From contig CBDCDC010000002.1 of the NCBI GenBank assembly GCA_965215195.1, positions 2,400,001 through 2,464,000 on the forward strand: 64,000 nt of DNA. Reading direction: 5' to 3'. Both the position numbers and the translations under genes were made by a program. The DNA comes from Candidatus Latescibacterota bacterium. GTDB taxonomy: Bacteria > Latescibacterota > UBA2968 > UBA8231. Position 1 is the stretch's first letter; every line of letters begins with the position of its first letter. Of the stretch, positions 19,129-28,846 are shown piece after piece. The notes below the pieces were generated by a model that was not told where the DNA came from, made no database searches, and saw nothing but the letters and a program-made list of their open reading frames with translations.

Positions 19129-19723
19129 ATGAAAAATGGGGCCAATATGGACGTACTGAAAAATTTGCCCGACGAATACCAGTTCGTCGAATCGCTCAAT
19201 GACGCAAATACTGTAATGCGCGTTGAATCCGTTGCCACGAAGGGGCAGTACGTTTTGAAGCTGCTTGATCTAAACTCCCTAGCCAACGACACGTTTCACG
19301 AACAACTGCGGATCCGGTCTCAAACAGAGGGTAATCGTCTGAATACCCCGGTTCGAACGGGCAGCATCGCAGACGGACGATATTTCACCGTGACCGATTA
19401 CCGCCCGGAAGGCTCGCTGTATTCCTGCCTTACAAACTGTACTCCTCTGCCCCGCGAGGCGATTCGCCCGCTTATCAACCGCCGACTGCTGGAACGACAC
19501 CTACGACGGGGCCCCGGCCGACGGGCGCACTTGGCAGCAAGGGGATTGCTCCTGGCGCGTCACGCGCGGGCGCTCATTCTATTGGAAAGATAGCTATTTG
19601 CATCACTTTCGTTCTGCCGCACACCATAGGATTCCGTCCGGTTGGCAAGAGACCTACATTGGATTCCGGGTGGCCCGGGCGATGACTGTGCCGAGGAATC
19701 CCGCTCGCATTCCCTTGGAATGA
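19129..19723 (+). pseudogene. Ser/Thr-kinase N-lobe fragment joined out of frame to a second FGE C-terminal segment
   Basis: YQFVESL...QYVLKLL...YFTVTDY.PEGSL is kinase-like; 19478-19690 aligns without gaps to 18864-19076. Confidence 0.6.
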
Positions 19724-19743
19724 TGGTAATTACAGATCGTACA

Positions 19744-21102
19744 TCACCCCACGCCCGCCAAAGCCGCGCCCAATACCCGCACCTGCTCCTCGTCCTCGGC
19801 ATTGACCGTAAACAAACACCCGTCGCACCCGTGCCCAGCCACCACCGCGCCCAACGCCCGCACTAGCTCGGGGGGTGCCCCCGCTGAAAGGGGCGGATAC
19901 AGCGGCACCGCCCCACTAGTCTGCGCTTTTAAGCGGGCCACTTCCCGCTCGTACAGGGCGGCGATGGGCAACGGCCCTTCCGCCACCCCCACCACAGTCT
20001 CCGGCAAATCCAGATCCTCCACCCCGAACATGCGCCACACCAGAGCCAATACCTCGCTTTCGTCCAGCCCTTGAGCGTACCGACACAAAGCCGCAGTCCA
20101 CTCCCGCGCCAAGTTAGTTACCCCGGTCGCCCAACCCACCCCGCCTCCGTGCGAACTCCCCCCCGTGAGAAAATCCGTCGCCTCCTCCCATTTGCCGTAC
20201 CAATGCCCGCCCAACAGCGCTGTGGAGGCGGGGAACACATCGCTGCCAAAGACTTTGTCGCGGCCCCCGGCTTCCTGCACAGCGGCGCGAAATTCCCCCA
20301 TGCGCTCGGCCAGTATATGGGCGCGAAACTGCACCCAATCAAGCACGGCCCCATCCTCGGCCAACAAGCCCAAAAAGTCCATCAAACCCGGTCGCCCCGC
20401 AGCCAAAGCCCGCACCTCGGCCAAAGTCAATTGCCCTAGGCGCTGGCGCAGGGCCAATATGCTGCGCCGCATGGCCGCAAAATCGTAGCCCAAGCGGGCG
20501 GCTTCGTCTTGGCAGTTGGCACAGCCGCAGGCCATCAGGCTGTGTACATTGGCCGGGGCCGGATAGCGAGCGTGGTCCACGTCAAAGCCGTCGATAGCGT
20601 AGCGTTGCACCGCTTCGACCAAGCAGTCGCGCGTCCACTCGTTGATCGCCTTACGGCTCGGACACAGGCCAATGCCCCACTCCTGATAGCGCCGGTCCAA
20701 TGGCCGCCCCCCTAGGTCGCGCAGGGCAAATTCTGGATAGACCTCGCCGCCGTAGCTCCACAAGCCGATGTGCCCCCACACCTCAATCCCCGTGCTTTTA
20801 CACGCTTCGATGACGCGCAGCAAGGGCGCGTCGTCAAAGCCGCTGACAATCCCCGCCACCGGCGGGTACACGCCCTCTGCACCGCTCGGCCAAGCATCGA
20901 GACGCTGACGCCAGTCCTCAAAAGGCCCTCGCTTGGTCAACTCCGTCGAGGCGCTAAAGCCCGAGGTATGGCACACCGGACTTTCGGGCATAATCGTCGT
21001 CAGGCCGACGGCGTCCTTGAGTTTTTGCAGGGACTCGGGATGCTGGGCCACGTATTCTGTGTGGCAAAACCAGATGCGGCGGGATTTATGCGTGGGCGTC
21101 AT
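19744..21102 (-). CDS. Hypothetical protein, possibly glycoside-hydrolase-like TIM barrel
   Basis: GLCPS...YAIDGFDVDHARY, CGCANC motif; family not confirmed. Confidence 0.55.
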   Translation of the reverse strand: MTPTHKSRRIWFCHTEYVAQHPESLQKLKDAVGLTTIMPESPVCHTSGFSASTELTKRGPFEDWRQRLDAWPSGAEGVYPPVAGIVSGFDDAPLLRVIEACKSTGIEVWGHIGLWSYGGEVYPEFALRDLGGRPLDRRYQEWGIGLCPSRKAINEWTRDCLVEAVQRYAIDGFDVDHARYPAPANVHSLMACGCANCQDEAARLGYDFAAMRRSILALRQRLGQLTLAEVRALAAGRPGLMDFLGLLAEDGAVLDWVQFRAHILAERMGEFRAAVQEAGGRDKVFGSDVFPASTALLGGHWYGKWEEATDFLTGGSSHGGGVGWATGVTNLAREWTAALCRYAQGLDESEVLALVWRMFGVEDLDLPETVVGVAEGPLPIAALYEREVARLKAQTSGAVPLYPPLSAGAPPELVRALGAVVAGHGCDGCLFTVNAEDEEQVRVLGAALAGVG

Positions 21103-21697
21103 ATTTGTCTGGCTCCAGCCAAGCAACCAACTGGCGCACGATGCGAAAGGTCAGCCCCCACAACAGCGGCCGCCCCGGCCCCAACAGGTCGAGCGCCGCA
21201 AAGGCCTGCTCTGCGCCACGGTGCCGCAGCCGGTACTGAGTCTGCTTACCGGGATCGCGCAATCGGTCGGCCCCCACCCAAAAAGCCGTGCTGACCTCTT
21301 GGCTGAGGACCAAATCCGCTGGCGTCTCCAAGCGATAGACGAAACCAGACACCACCACCGGCAGCATGTACCCAGTCAAATCGTCCAGCCGACCCCAGTA
21401 CTCGGCCACGGACAGATCGAGCCCGACCTCCTCCAAGGTCTCGCGCTCGGCCGCAGCCCGTGGCGAGGGGTCGTCTGCCTCAATGCGCCCGCCGGGAAAG
21501 GCGATGTGCCCGGACCAAGGATCGTCCGGGTGCTGGGCGCGTTCGATAAAGAGTAGCTGCAAGCCCCTCGGCATTGGTCCCAAGACCACGGCTACTGCGG
21601 CCCGCGTCTTGTCCGTAGAGCCTACCAAGCAGGGCCGGTGCCGGGCGAGCCCCGCCTGCACCGCAGCCCAAGGGCCTAGGCCCACGACCGCTTCCAA
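21086..21697 (-). CDS. Nudix hydrolase, CoA pyrophosphatase-like
   Basis: SGHIAFPGGR...AAERETLEEVG, WGLT. Confidence 0.88.
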   Translation of the reverse strand: MEAVVGLGPWAAVQAGLARHRPCLVGSTDKTRAAVAVVLGPMPRGLQLLFIERAQHPDDPWSGHIAFPGGRIEADDPSPRAAAERETLEEVGLDLSVAEYWGRLDDLTGYMLPVVVSGFVYRLETPADLVLSQEVSTAFWVGADRLRDPGKQTQYRLRHRGAEQAFAALDLLGPGRPLLWGLTFRIVRQLVAWLEPDKYDAHA

Positions 21698-21700
21698 TCG

Positions 21701-23164
21701 CTAAATGTCGTCAAAGGGATAGAGTTGGCGACCCAGCCGCTTAAAGGCCAGTTTGCCCTCGGCCGGAGCGTGTACCGACGGTTCGGAGATCACTTGGATC
21801 TGGCCAGCCCACGACTCAAAACCAGCGCGAAAGTGAGCCGCAGACTTGACGCCGACATAGCGCATCTGCCTCGGATCCAAACCCAAGGTGCGGGCAAACG
21901 CCGTGCAAAACGGTTGCTCGCGCTTGTTCACCAACAGCACGTGGACCCCGCCCTGAAGGATGTGAGCCGAGGGGCCCATGGTGCCCTCTAGGCCGGCGTA
22001 CATCGGCCCGTCGTAGCGAAAGCGGCCATCGGTCAAGGCCACCACTTCGGCCCGCATGGAGCAAGGCTCGCCTTGTAGAGGAGACGATTTGCCGCCTACC
22101 TCTAAATCGAGCACCGCCCCGACGCCCGCTTGGTGGCAAGCAGCCACGGCTTCGGGATCGACGATGTACAGCACACAGGCGTCTTGCAGATCCGCCGCCA
22201 AAAAAGCTCGCAACAGCCCGGTGCTGTCGCCGGGCGAGCCGCCGCCGGTATTGTCGTTGCGGTCGGCCAAGACTATGGGGTAACGCCCGGTCTTTTCGGC
22301 TTCTTGCAGGGCTTCTGCGGTAGAAGGCATGGCCGCCTGCCAAGCGGCCCGGCGCTCCCAGAGCCAAGCGGCCAACTCGTCGGCGCAGGATTGGGCCAAG
22401 GAGAGGTCGTTGTCGGTGGCCACGTACACGGAAGCACCCATATCGGGAATGTCAGCCAGAGGGAAGCAGGTGGCTATGGAGCCGCAGAGCACCCCGGGCC
22501 GCGCCTCAATTTGGTGCAGGTATTCGATGGCTTGGCGCATGGGCGGATGGGCTGTTACTTGGTTCATGCCCCACACTAAAGGCAGTTGGTGCAAGGCCAT
22601 GGTCGGCCGCACGCCTTCCCGCACCATGCGCACCAGCACATCGACGCACTCGCGGCCCCTCGGTGCCATATCGATCTCTGGATAGGTCTCCCGCCCAATC
22701 AGGACATCGGCGGCTTCGATCATGCCTTGGGAGACATTGGAGTGGATGTCCAACTGCCCGACGATGGGCGTGTCGGGGCCGACCAACCGGCGCACTGCGG
22801 CCAAGATATGTCCTTCGGCGTCGTCAATGCCCTCGGCCACCATGGCCCCGTGCAATTCCAATAAAACCCCGTCAATAGCACCCGCCGCCTCAATGCCGTT
22901 GAGCAGTTCGCCCACCAGCCCAGCGAAAATGGAGCGGGGCGTCGGGGCGCTGGGAAAAGCCTCGGCTAACATCGTGGGCACTACTTCAAAGCCGTGCGCC
23001 TCGGCCCCTTCGATGAAGCCGCCAATGGGCGTATTGACCCCGGCAAAGCGCTCGACAATGGCCGCTCCGTGGAGATAGCTGCGCTCCCGGAAACTGTCCA
23101 GCGTGGTGGCTACGTTGGTGAAGGTACTGCTCTCGTGGGAAATGCCTCCAATCGCGACGCGCAT
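21701..23164 (-). CDS. MlrC/M81 family metallopeptidase
   Basis: ISHESSTF, LHGAM, LDIHSN, TYPEID, DNTGGG, VKSAAHFRA. Confidence 0.9.
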   Translation of the reverse strand: MRVAIGGISHESSTFTNVATTLDSFRERSYLHGAAIVERFAGVNTPIGGFIEGAEAHGFEVVPTMLAEAFPSAPTPRSIFAGLVGELLNGIEAAGAIDGVLLELHGAMVAEGIDDAEGHILAAVRRLVGPDTPIVGQLDIHSNVSQGMIEAADVLIGRETYPEIDMAPRGRECVDVLVRMVREGVRPTMALHQLPLVWGMNQVTAHPPMRQAIEYLHQIEARPGVLCGSIATCFPLADIPDMGASVYVATDNDLSLAQSCADELAAWLWERRAAWQAAMPSTAEALQEAEKTGRYPIVLADRNDNTGGGSPGDSTGLLRAFLAADLQDACVLYIVDPEAVAACHQAGVGAVLDLEVGGKSSPLQGEPCSMRAEVVALTDGRFRYDGPMYAGLEGTMGPSAHILQGGVHVLLVNKREQPFCTAFARTLGLDPRQMRYVGVKSAAHFRAGFESWAGQIQVISEPSVHAPAEGKLAFKRLGRQLYPFDDI

Positions 23165-23376
23165 CTGCTGCTCCTTTCGGTTTTTTCTCGCTCGTCTCTG
23201 TCACTTCAACTCCGACAGGCGGGCGAAGAGTTCGCCGGCCGCTTGCAGCCGAGTATGTGGTCTTGGGTGTTGTAGTAATGGACATTTTCAAGTGGAGGAT
23301 TTACCTTCTAAGCTATCAACTCCCCTAACCCCATCAAAGGTAGGCAAAAATGTCCCAGCCCGTAAGGAGGCCCCCC

Positions 23377-24264
23377 ATGATCCAGATCCCTAAGTCCATC
23401 CTCGGCATCATCGCCATCGTCTTCCTCGTCTTCCTCATCAGCCCGCGCTTCTACCAAAGCGTCCCGGCCGGCCACGTGGCCGTCGCCACCCTCTTCGGCG
23501 AAGTCCAGCCCAAACACTTCAGCGAGGGCTTGCACATCCCGGTCAACCCGCTCTACCAATGGCACTTCTACGACGTGCGCCAGAAGACCCACTCCGAAAC
23601 CTCCAACGTCCCCAGCCAAGACCAGCTACAGACCAAGATCGACGTCAGCGTCCAGTACCGCCTCGTCGCCAGAGACACGCCGCGCATCTTAAAAGAGACC
23701 GGCACTGCCCTTGACGTGAACAGCGTACACATCGTGCCCAAGCTGCGCTCGCAGATCCGCGAACAGGGCAAGAGCATCAAACGCGCCGAGGACTTCTTTT
23801 TGGAGGAGACCCAAGCGATGTTGCAGATCGCCCTGCTCGAAGGCCTGAAGGATTATCTGGGCACCAAGGGGGTTGCAGTCGAGGCCGTGTTGATCCGCGA
23901 CATCTCCCTGCCGCCCTTTATCACCAAGGCCATTGAGGCCAAAAAAGAGCGCGAGCAGGAAGTTGAAAAGCAAAAGGCCGAGCTGGAGCGCTTCACCACC
24001 GAGCAGAAACAGAAAGTTGCCGCCGCCGAGGCCGAAAAGGACGCCGCCTCGGCCGAGGCCGAAAAGCGCCGCCTGCTCGCCGACGCCCGGGCCTACGAGA
24101 TCACCAAGATCAACGAGGCCATCGGCAAAAATCCCAACTACGTCAAGCTCCAAGCACTCGAAGCCCTGCAAGCCATCTCCAAGGATCCGGCCGCCAAGGT
24201 CTATTTCATCGACGGCGACAGCCCTGCCCCGCTGCCGCTGATGCACCTAGGCGACGCCAAGTAG
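23377..24264 (+). CDS. SPFH/prohibitin family protein
   Basis: N-terminal TM, VPAGHVAV..LFG, band-7 domain, AIEAK coiled coil; AAGGAGG RBS. Confidence 0.88.
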   Translation: MIQIPKSILGIIAIVFLVFLISPRFYQSVPAGHVAVATLFGEVQPKHFSEGLHIPVNPLYQWHFYDVRQKTHSETSNVPSQDQLQTKIDVSVQYRLVARDTPRILKETGTALDVNSVHIVPKLRSQIREQGKSIKRAEDFFLEETQAMLQIALLEGLKDYLGTKGVAVEAVLIRDISLPPFITKAIEAKKEREQEVEKQKAELERFTTEQKQKVAAAEAEKDAASAEAEKRRLLADARAYEITKINEAIGKNPNYVKLQALEALQAISKDPAAKVYFIDGDSPAPLPLMHLGDAK

Positions 24265-24375
24265 GGGCAACCCTTGTGGTTGCCCACAAGTGGTCAGTGC
24301 CCTGTGACCAGTGGCTCGTCCCCTCTCCTCTCCACCCAGCCGGAGGGAGGGGAGGACTGACCAGTGACCACTGAA
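24261..24375. repeat. REP-like palindromes
   Basis: GTAGGGGCAACCCTTGTGGTTGCCC (GTAG-headed hairpin), tggtca..tgacca, cccctctcc...ggaggggagg. Confidence 0.65.
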
Positions 24376-24383
24376 AGGACTCT

Positions 24384-25472
24384 ATGCCTGCCAAATACCG
24401 CGTCGGCGTCATCGCCTCTGGTCGCATTGCCCGCGAGCACGGCCGCGGTTGGGCCGAGTGCGAACACACTGAAATCGTCGCCTGTGCCGACTCTCACTCG
24501 GAAGCCCTAACCAGCTACGCCGCGGATTTCAACGTCGAAAAACAGTACCTCGACTACCGCGAGATGCTCGACGTGGAAAACCTCGACATCATCAGCGTCT
24601 GCTCTTGGGACCCCCAGCACGCGGAAATGTCCATCGCCGCCTGCGCCCGCCGGCCCAAAGCGGTGCTCTGCGAAAAGCCCATGGCCGTCTCCCTCGGCGA
24701 GGCCGAGGCCATGGTCATCGCCGCAGAGCGCAACGACGTCAAGCTGGCCATCGGCCACCAGCGCCGCTTTTACTCCTGCTGGCGCGAGGCGCGGCGGATG
24801 ATCGCCGACGGCGCACTTGGCAAGCCCCAGCGGCTGTGGTCCGCGGTCAAGGCCGGGATGATGAACACCGGCACCCACTGCATCGACTTCCAGCTCTACG
24901 CCCTCGGCGATCCGCAGGCCGAGTGGGTCATGGGCGCGGTCGAGCGCCACACCGACCACTTTGTCTTCGGCCACCGGGTCGAAGACCGCTGCGTGGGGGT
25001 TATCGGCTATCCCGACGGGGTCGAAGGCGTGATCGAAAACGAGATGAACGATATGTATCAGGTGGGTGCTACCATCTACGGCGAAGACGGCATCATGGTC
25101 GTCAGCGACAACAGCCTGCGCTATATGACGGCTACCTCCGGCGGCTGGCAGAACTTCGCGCCCGACGACAAAGCCAGCGGCTACGGCAATGCCTTCGTCG
25201 ATCAGGCCTACGGGATCTGCCGCTGGATCGAGGGCGATTTTGAGTCCTACTATGGCAAGGCCGAGCACGGCAAGGCCGCCACCGAGATCATGATGGGCGT
25301 CTATGAGTCCGCTAGGCTGCACGAGCGCGTGGCCCTGCCGCTGCAAACTCGGGCCAATCCGCTCGACGTCGCTGTCGAGGAGGGCCGCATCCCCGTCACC
25401 CGGCCCGGTCCTTGGGACGAGCGTTCCTTTCTGGTGCGCGGCGAGGGCATGAGCTGGATCAGGGACCAATAG
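24384..25472 (+). CDS. Gfo/Idh/MocA oxidoreductase
   Basis: VGVIASGRIA, CEKPMA, GHQRRF, GTHCID. Confidence 0.92.
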   Translation: MPAKYRVGVIASGRIAREHGRGWAECEHTEIVACADSHSEALTSYAADFNVEKQYLDYREMLDVENLDIISVCSWDPQHAEMSIAACARRPKAVLCEKPMAVSLGEAEAMVIAAERNDVKLAIGHQRRFYSCWREARRMIADGALGKPQRLWSAVKAGMMNTGTHCIDFQLYALGDPQAEWVMGAVERHTDHFVFGHRVEDRCVGVIGYPDGVEGVIENEMNDMYQVGATIYGEDGIMVVSDNSLRYMTATSGGWQNFAPDDKASGYGNAFVDQAYGICRWIEGDFESYYGKAEHGKAATEIMMGVYESARLHERVALPLQTRANPLDVAVEEGRIPVTRPGPWDERSFLVRGEGMSWIRDQ

Positions 25473-25474
25473 TC

Positions 25475-26272
25475 GTGCAAATCGGCCTCTTAGTCACCAA
25501 TCGCCGAGAGCTTGAAGAGTCCGCCGACTGGGACTTCGACTATCTCGAAGGCTTTCCCGGTCTGCTCGGTGCCGATGCCGACGACTCCCAAGCCGAGCGC
25601 GAGTGCCTAGCGCTTTTGGAGAAACACCCGCTGCGGATGCCGACGATGTGCGGCTTTATTCCCAATCCGCAGGGGCGCGGGCTGATGGTAGTTGGCCCCG
25701 ACGTCAGCTTGGACCGGCTGCGCACTTTTGTGACGCAGGTCTTCGACCTCATGCAGCGGGCTGGGGCTGAGGTCATCGGCTACGGGAGCGGTGGCTCGCG
25801 TTGGGTGCCCGACGGTTTCGACCGCGACAAAGCGCACCAACAGGTCGCCGACTTCTTGCACCTGTGCGCCGACCTCGGGGAGCCACGGGGCGTCAAGGTC
25901 GCGCTCGAACCCTACAACCGCGACGACGCCAACCTGCTCAATACCGTCTCCGAAGCGACCGAGTTCACAAGGGAAGTTGACCGCTCGCACGCCAAGCTGA
26001 TGGCCGACTTCTTCCACATGAAGCTCAACGGCGAGTCCTTCGACGCGCTCAAACAAGCCGGGCCACACCTAATTCACGCCCACATTGCCGAACCGGGGCG
26101 CGGCCGACCGCAAACCACGCCAGCCGACCACGCGCTCTTTTTGCACGCGTTGCGCACTGCCGGCTACGACGGGCGCGTAACCCTGAGCGGCGCGCTGCCG
26201 GCCTATGTTGACGACCGAGCCACTGCCATCGCCCTCAAGAAAGCCATCCCTCCTTCGCCTACAGCCGCATGA
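25475..26272 (+). CDS. Sugar-phosphate isomerase/epimerase (xylose-isomerase-like TIM barrel)
   Basis: GSGGSR, ALEPYN, ADFFHM, HAHIAE. Confidence 0.85.
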   Translation: MQIGLLVTNRRELEESADWDFDYLEGFPGLLGADADDSQAERECLALLEKHPLRMPTMCGFIPNPQGRGLMVVGPDVSLDRLRTFVTQVFDLMQRAGAEVIGYGSGGSRWVPDGFDRDKAHQQVADFLHLCADLGEPRGVKVALEPYNRDDANLLNTVSEATEFTREVDRSHAKLMADFFHMKLNGESFDALKQAGPHLIHAHIAEPGRGRPQTTPADHALFLHALRTAGYDGRVTLSGALPAYVDDRATAIALKKAIPPSPTAA

Positions 26273-26333
26273 TTGACCTTTCGCGGCCCCTCACGCCATC
26301 GGAAAGTCGCTTCATCCACTACTGCACGGCGCG
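26247..26333 (+). repeat. 87-bp direct repeat, copy A (copy B at 28016-28102) flanking the AAA gene
   Basis: 82/87 identical by manual alignment. Confidence 0.9.
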
Positions 26334-26366
26334 GGATCCCCTCTAATCGCGAAAAGAGGCCCATCT

Positions 26367-28004
26367 ATGACGGAGACATCGCCGTCCGCACGGGCGCGGT
26401 TCACTACCCGGCCTCCGCGCTTCTTCAACACGGCCGGCCCCATCAAGCCGGATAGGCACTATCACATCCCACCGTTGGAACGGCTCGACCTCGACGGGGT
26501 GCTGGCGCTGATCGAGCAAGAAAAGTACTTCGTGCTGCACGCGCCCCGGCAGACGGGCAAGACCTCGGCACTGCTGGCGCTGATGGAGGAGCTGAACGGC
26601 AGCGGCTGGTATCGCTGCGTGTACGTCAACGTGGAGATCGGCCAGTCTGCCCGCGAGGACGTAGGCGCGGCCATGCAGGCCATACTCAGTGAGCTGGCGT
26701 CGAGGGCGGAACGTCTCTTGGGCGAGCAGGTCGTGAAGGAGGTCTGGCGCGAAGTGCGCGATGAGGCCGGCCCCCACGGCGTGTTGCAGGCGGTGCTGAG
26801 TCGCTGGGCGGCGGCCGATGAGAGGCCGCTAGTGCTGCTGATCGACGAGATCGACGCCCTGATCGGCGACACCCTCTTGGCCGTGCTGCGGCAACTGCGC
26901 GCCGGCTACCCCGACCGGCCGCAGCACTACCCGCAGAGCGTGATCCTATGCGGGGTGCGCGACGTGCGCGACTACCGCATCCACTCCACGGCCGAGAACG
27001 CCATCATCGCTGGCGGCAGTGCGTTCAACATCCGCGCCAAGTCCCTGCGCTTGGGCGATTTCACCGCGGACGACATGCGCGTACTGCTGGCGCAACACAC
27101 TGCGGCGACCGGCCAAGCGTTCACTGAGGATGCCCTAAACGAGGTCTGGCGACAAACGCAGGGCCAGCCGTGGCTGGTGAACGCGCTGGCCTACGAAGCC
27201 TGCTTTGAGAACAAGGCCGGCCGGGACCGCAGCCAGCCCATCACCGCCGAAGCGGTCGCCGACGCCCGCGAGCAACTCATCCTGCGCCGCGAGACGCATC
27301 TCGACCAACTCACCGACAAGCTGCAAGAAGAACGCGTCCGCCGCGTCATCGAACCCCTGCTGAGCGGGGCCGAAGACGACGAAGCGATTCCCGAAGACGA
27401 CGTGGACTACGTCCGCGATCTGGGCTTGGTGCGCCTATCCCCTTTCGCCATTGCCAATCCGATCTATCAGGAGGTCATCCCCCGCGCCTTGACCTATACC
27501 ACCCAGCTCCGGTTCCGACACGACCCGGCTTGGTATGTGGATGCCGACGGCACCCTGCGCGTCGCCGATCTGCTGGCCGCCTTCCAAGCGTTCTTCCGCG
27601 AACATTCCGAGCACTGGGTTGAGCGGTTCCAATACAAGGAAGCCGGTCCGCAGTTGCTGCTGCAAGCGTTCTTGCAGCGCATCGTCAACAGCGGGGGTCG
27701 GATCGAGCGGGAGTATGGCTTGGGGCGGCGGCGCACCGATCTGCTGCTCATCTGGCCGGTGCCCGGGGCGACTCGGCCGGGTCAAGCGGTGCAGAAGGTG
27801 GTAGTCGAATGCAAGGTGCTGTACAAGGGCTTGGAGGAGACGGTGCGGGCAGGCGTAGAACAGACCCGTGCCTACATGGATCTGTGCGCCACCGCAGAGG
27901 GGCACCTCGTGGTCTTCGACCGCACCGTCGGCAAGTCGTGGGACGAAAAGATATTCCGCGAGCAGGGCACGGGCGAGGCGAACATCACCGTGTGGGGGAT
28001 GTGA
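26367..28004 (+). CDS. AAA-like ATPase with C-terminal PD-(D/E)xK-like domain (paralog 2)
   Basis: FNTAGP, APRQTGKTS, LLIDEID, RRTDLL...VVECK; strongly similar to 6309-7886. Confidence 0.85.
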   Translation: MTETSPSARARFTTRPPRFFNTAGPIKPDRHYHIPPLERLDLDGVLALIEQEKYFVLHAPRQTGKTSALLALMEELNGSGWYRCVYVNVEIGQSAREDVGAAMQAILSELASRAERLLGEQVVKEVWREVRDEAGPHGVLQAVLSRWAAADERPLVLLIDEIDALIGDTLLAVLRQLRAGYPDRPQHYPQSVILCGVRDVRDYRIHSTAENAIIAGGSAFNIRAKSLRLGDFTADDMRVLLAQHTAATGQAFTEDALNEVWRQTQGQPWLVNALAYEACFENKAGRDRSQPITAEAVADAREQLILRRETHLDQLTDKLQEERVRRVIEPLLSGAEDDEAIPEDDVDYVRDLGLVRLSPFAIANPIYQEVIPRALTYTTQLRFRHDPAWYVDADGTLRVADLLAAFQAFFREHSEHWVERFQYKEAGPQLLLQAFLQRIVNSGGRIEREYGLGRRRTDLLLIWPVPGATRPGQAVQKVVVECKVLYKGLEETVRAGVEQTRAYMDLCATAEGHLVVFDRTVGKSWDEKIFREQGTGEANITVWGM

Positions 28005-28037
28005 AGGATGAAGGTTCCCTCCTTCGCCTACAGCCGC

Positions 28038-28673
28038 ATGATCGACCTCTCGCGGCCCATCACGCCGTCGGAAGGTCGCTTCATCCACTACTGCACGGCG
28101 CGCGTACCGGTTGACGACCCGCCGACCGACCGCTGGTATATCACCACCAGCATCGAAATAGGCGGTCACGCCGGCACCCATGTCGAAGGGCCTTTGCACG
28201 CTGTACAAGGCGGCCCGGCCATTGCCGAGCTCGATGTCGAGCGCTTTTTCGGCGAGGCCATCGTCTTCGACTTTAGTAATGCTCCGCTGGGTGAGCCGCT
28301 CTCGCCGGCGCAATTCCAACGGGCCGCCGACCCGGGTGGGGGCGTCCACCCGGGCGACATCGCACTCTTTCGCTTTGACTGGGATCAACGGGCTACCGCT
28401 GGTTCTCATCCGCCTTATCCTTCGAGCGCCGCTTTGCGCTGGCTCGTCCAAGCAGGCGTCAAACTGGTCGGCATCGACACCCCCGGCCTAGATATTCCGG
28501 GCGATCGCAGCCTGCCCAACCACCACCTACTTTTCGCACACAGCATCCCCCTAATCGAGAGCCTAGACCGCTTGGGCGACCTGCGACAATCTCGCGTTTA
28601 CCTTTTCGCCCAGCCGCTGCCGGCGGCCGAAACCGACGCCATTCCGCTGCGCGTACTCGCTTTTGAAGGGTAG
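28038..28673 (+). CDS. Cyclase/kynurenine formamidase-family metal hydrolase
   Basis: MIDLSRPI, HAGTHVEGPLH, VGIDTPG, LIESL. Confidence 0.88.
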   Translation: MIDLSRPITPSEGRFIHYCTARVPVDDPPTDRWYITTSIEIGGHAGTHVEGPLHAVQGGPAIAELDVERFFGEAIVFDFSNAPLGEPLSPAQFQRAADPGGGVHPGDIALFRFDWDQRATAGSHPPYPSSAALRWLVQAGVKLVGIDTPGLDIPGDRSLPNHHLLFAHSIPLIESLDRLGDLRQSRVYLFAQPLPAAETDAIPLRVLAFEG

Positions 28674-28846
28674 AGTGTCCACTCAGCGAGTCCGTCGTCT
28701 ATGGGATATGCCCGACTCAGCACCCGTTAGCGCACCCTCTACTACATCGAGGAGCTTGCCGGTGACGTCGGGCTGAAGGGTTGCCGCATGGGAGAGTAGT
28801 TCGCCGAGATCTTTGGCTGGGGAATTGCTTCCAAGATTCGTTACTA

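Noticed and set aside
19478-19690. Canonical DGR template repeat
   Set aside because: Only 11 of 24 mismatches are adenines in this copy and there is no RT/Avd in the window; kept only as a VR-like hypothesis.
23377-24264. SPFH protein as part of the dynamin system
   Set aside because: Opposite strand, more than 4 kb away, with backbone-like GC-rich codon usage; there is only a thematic link.
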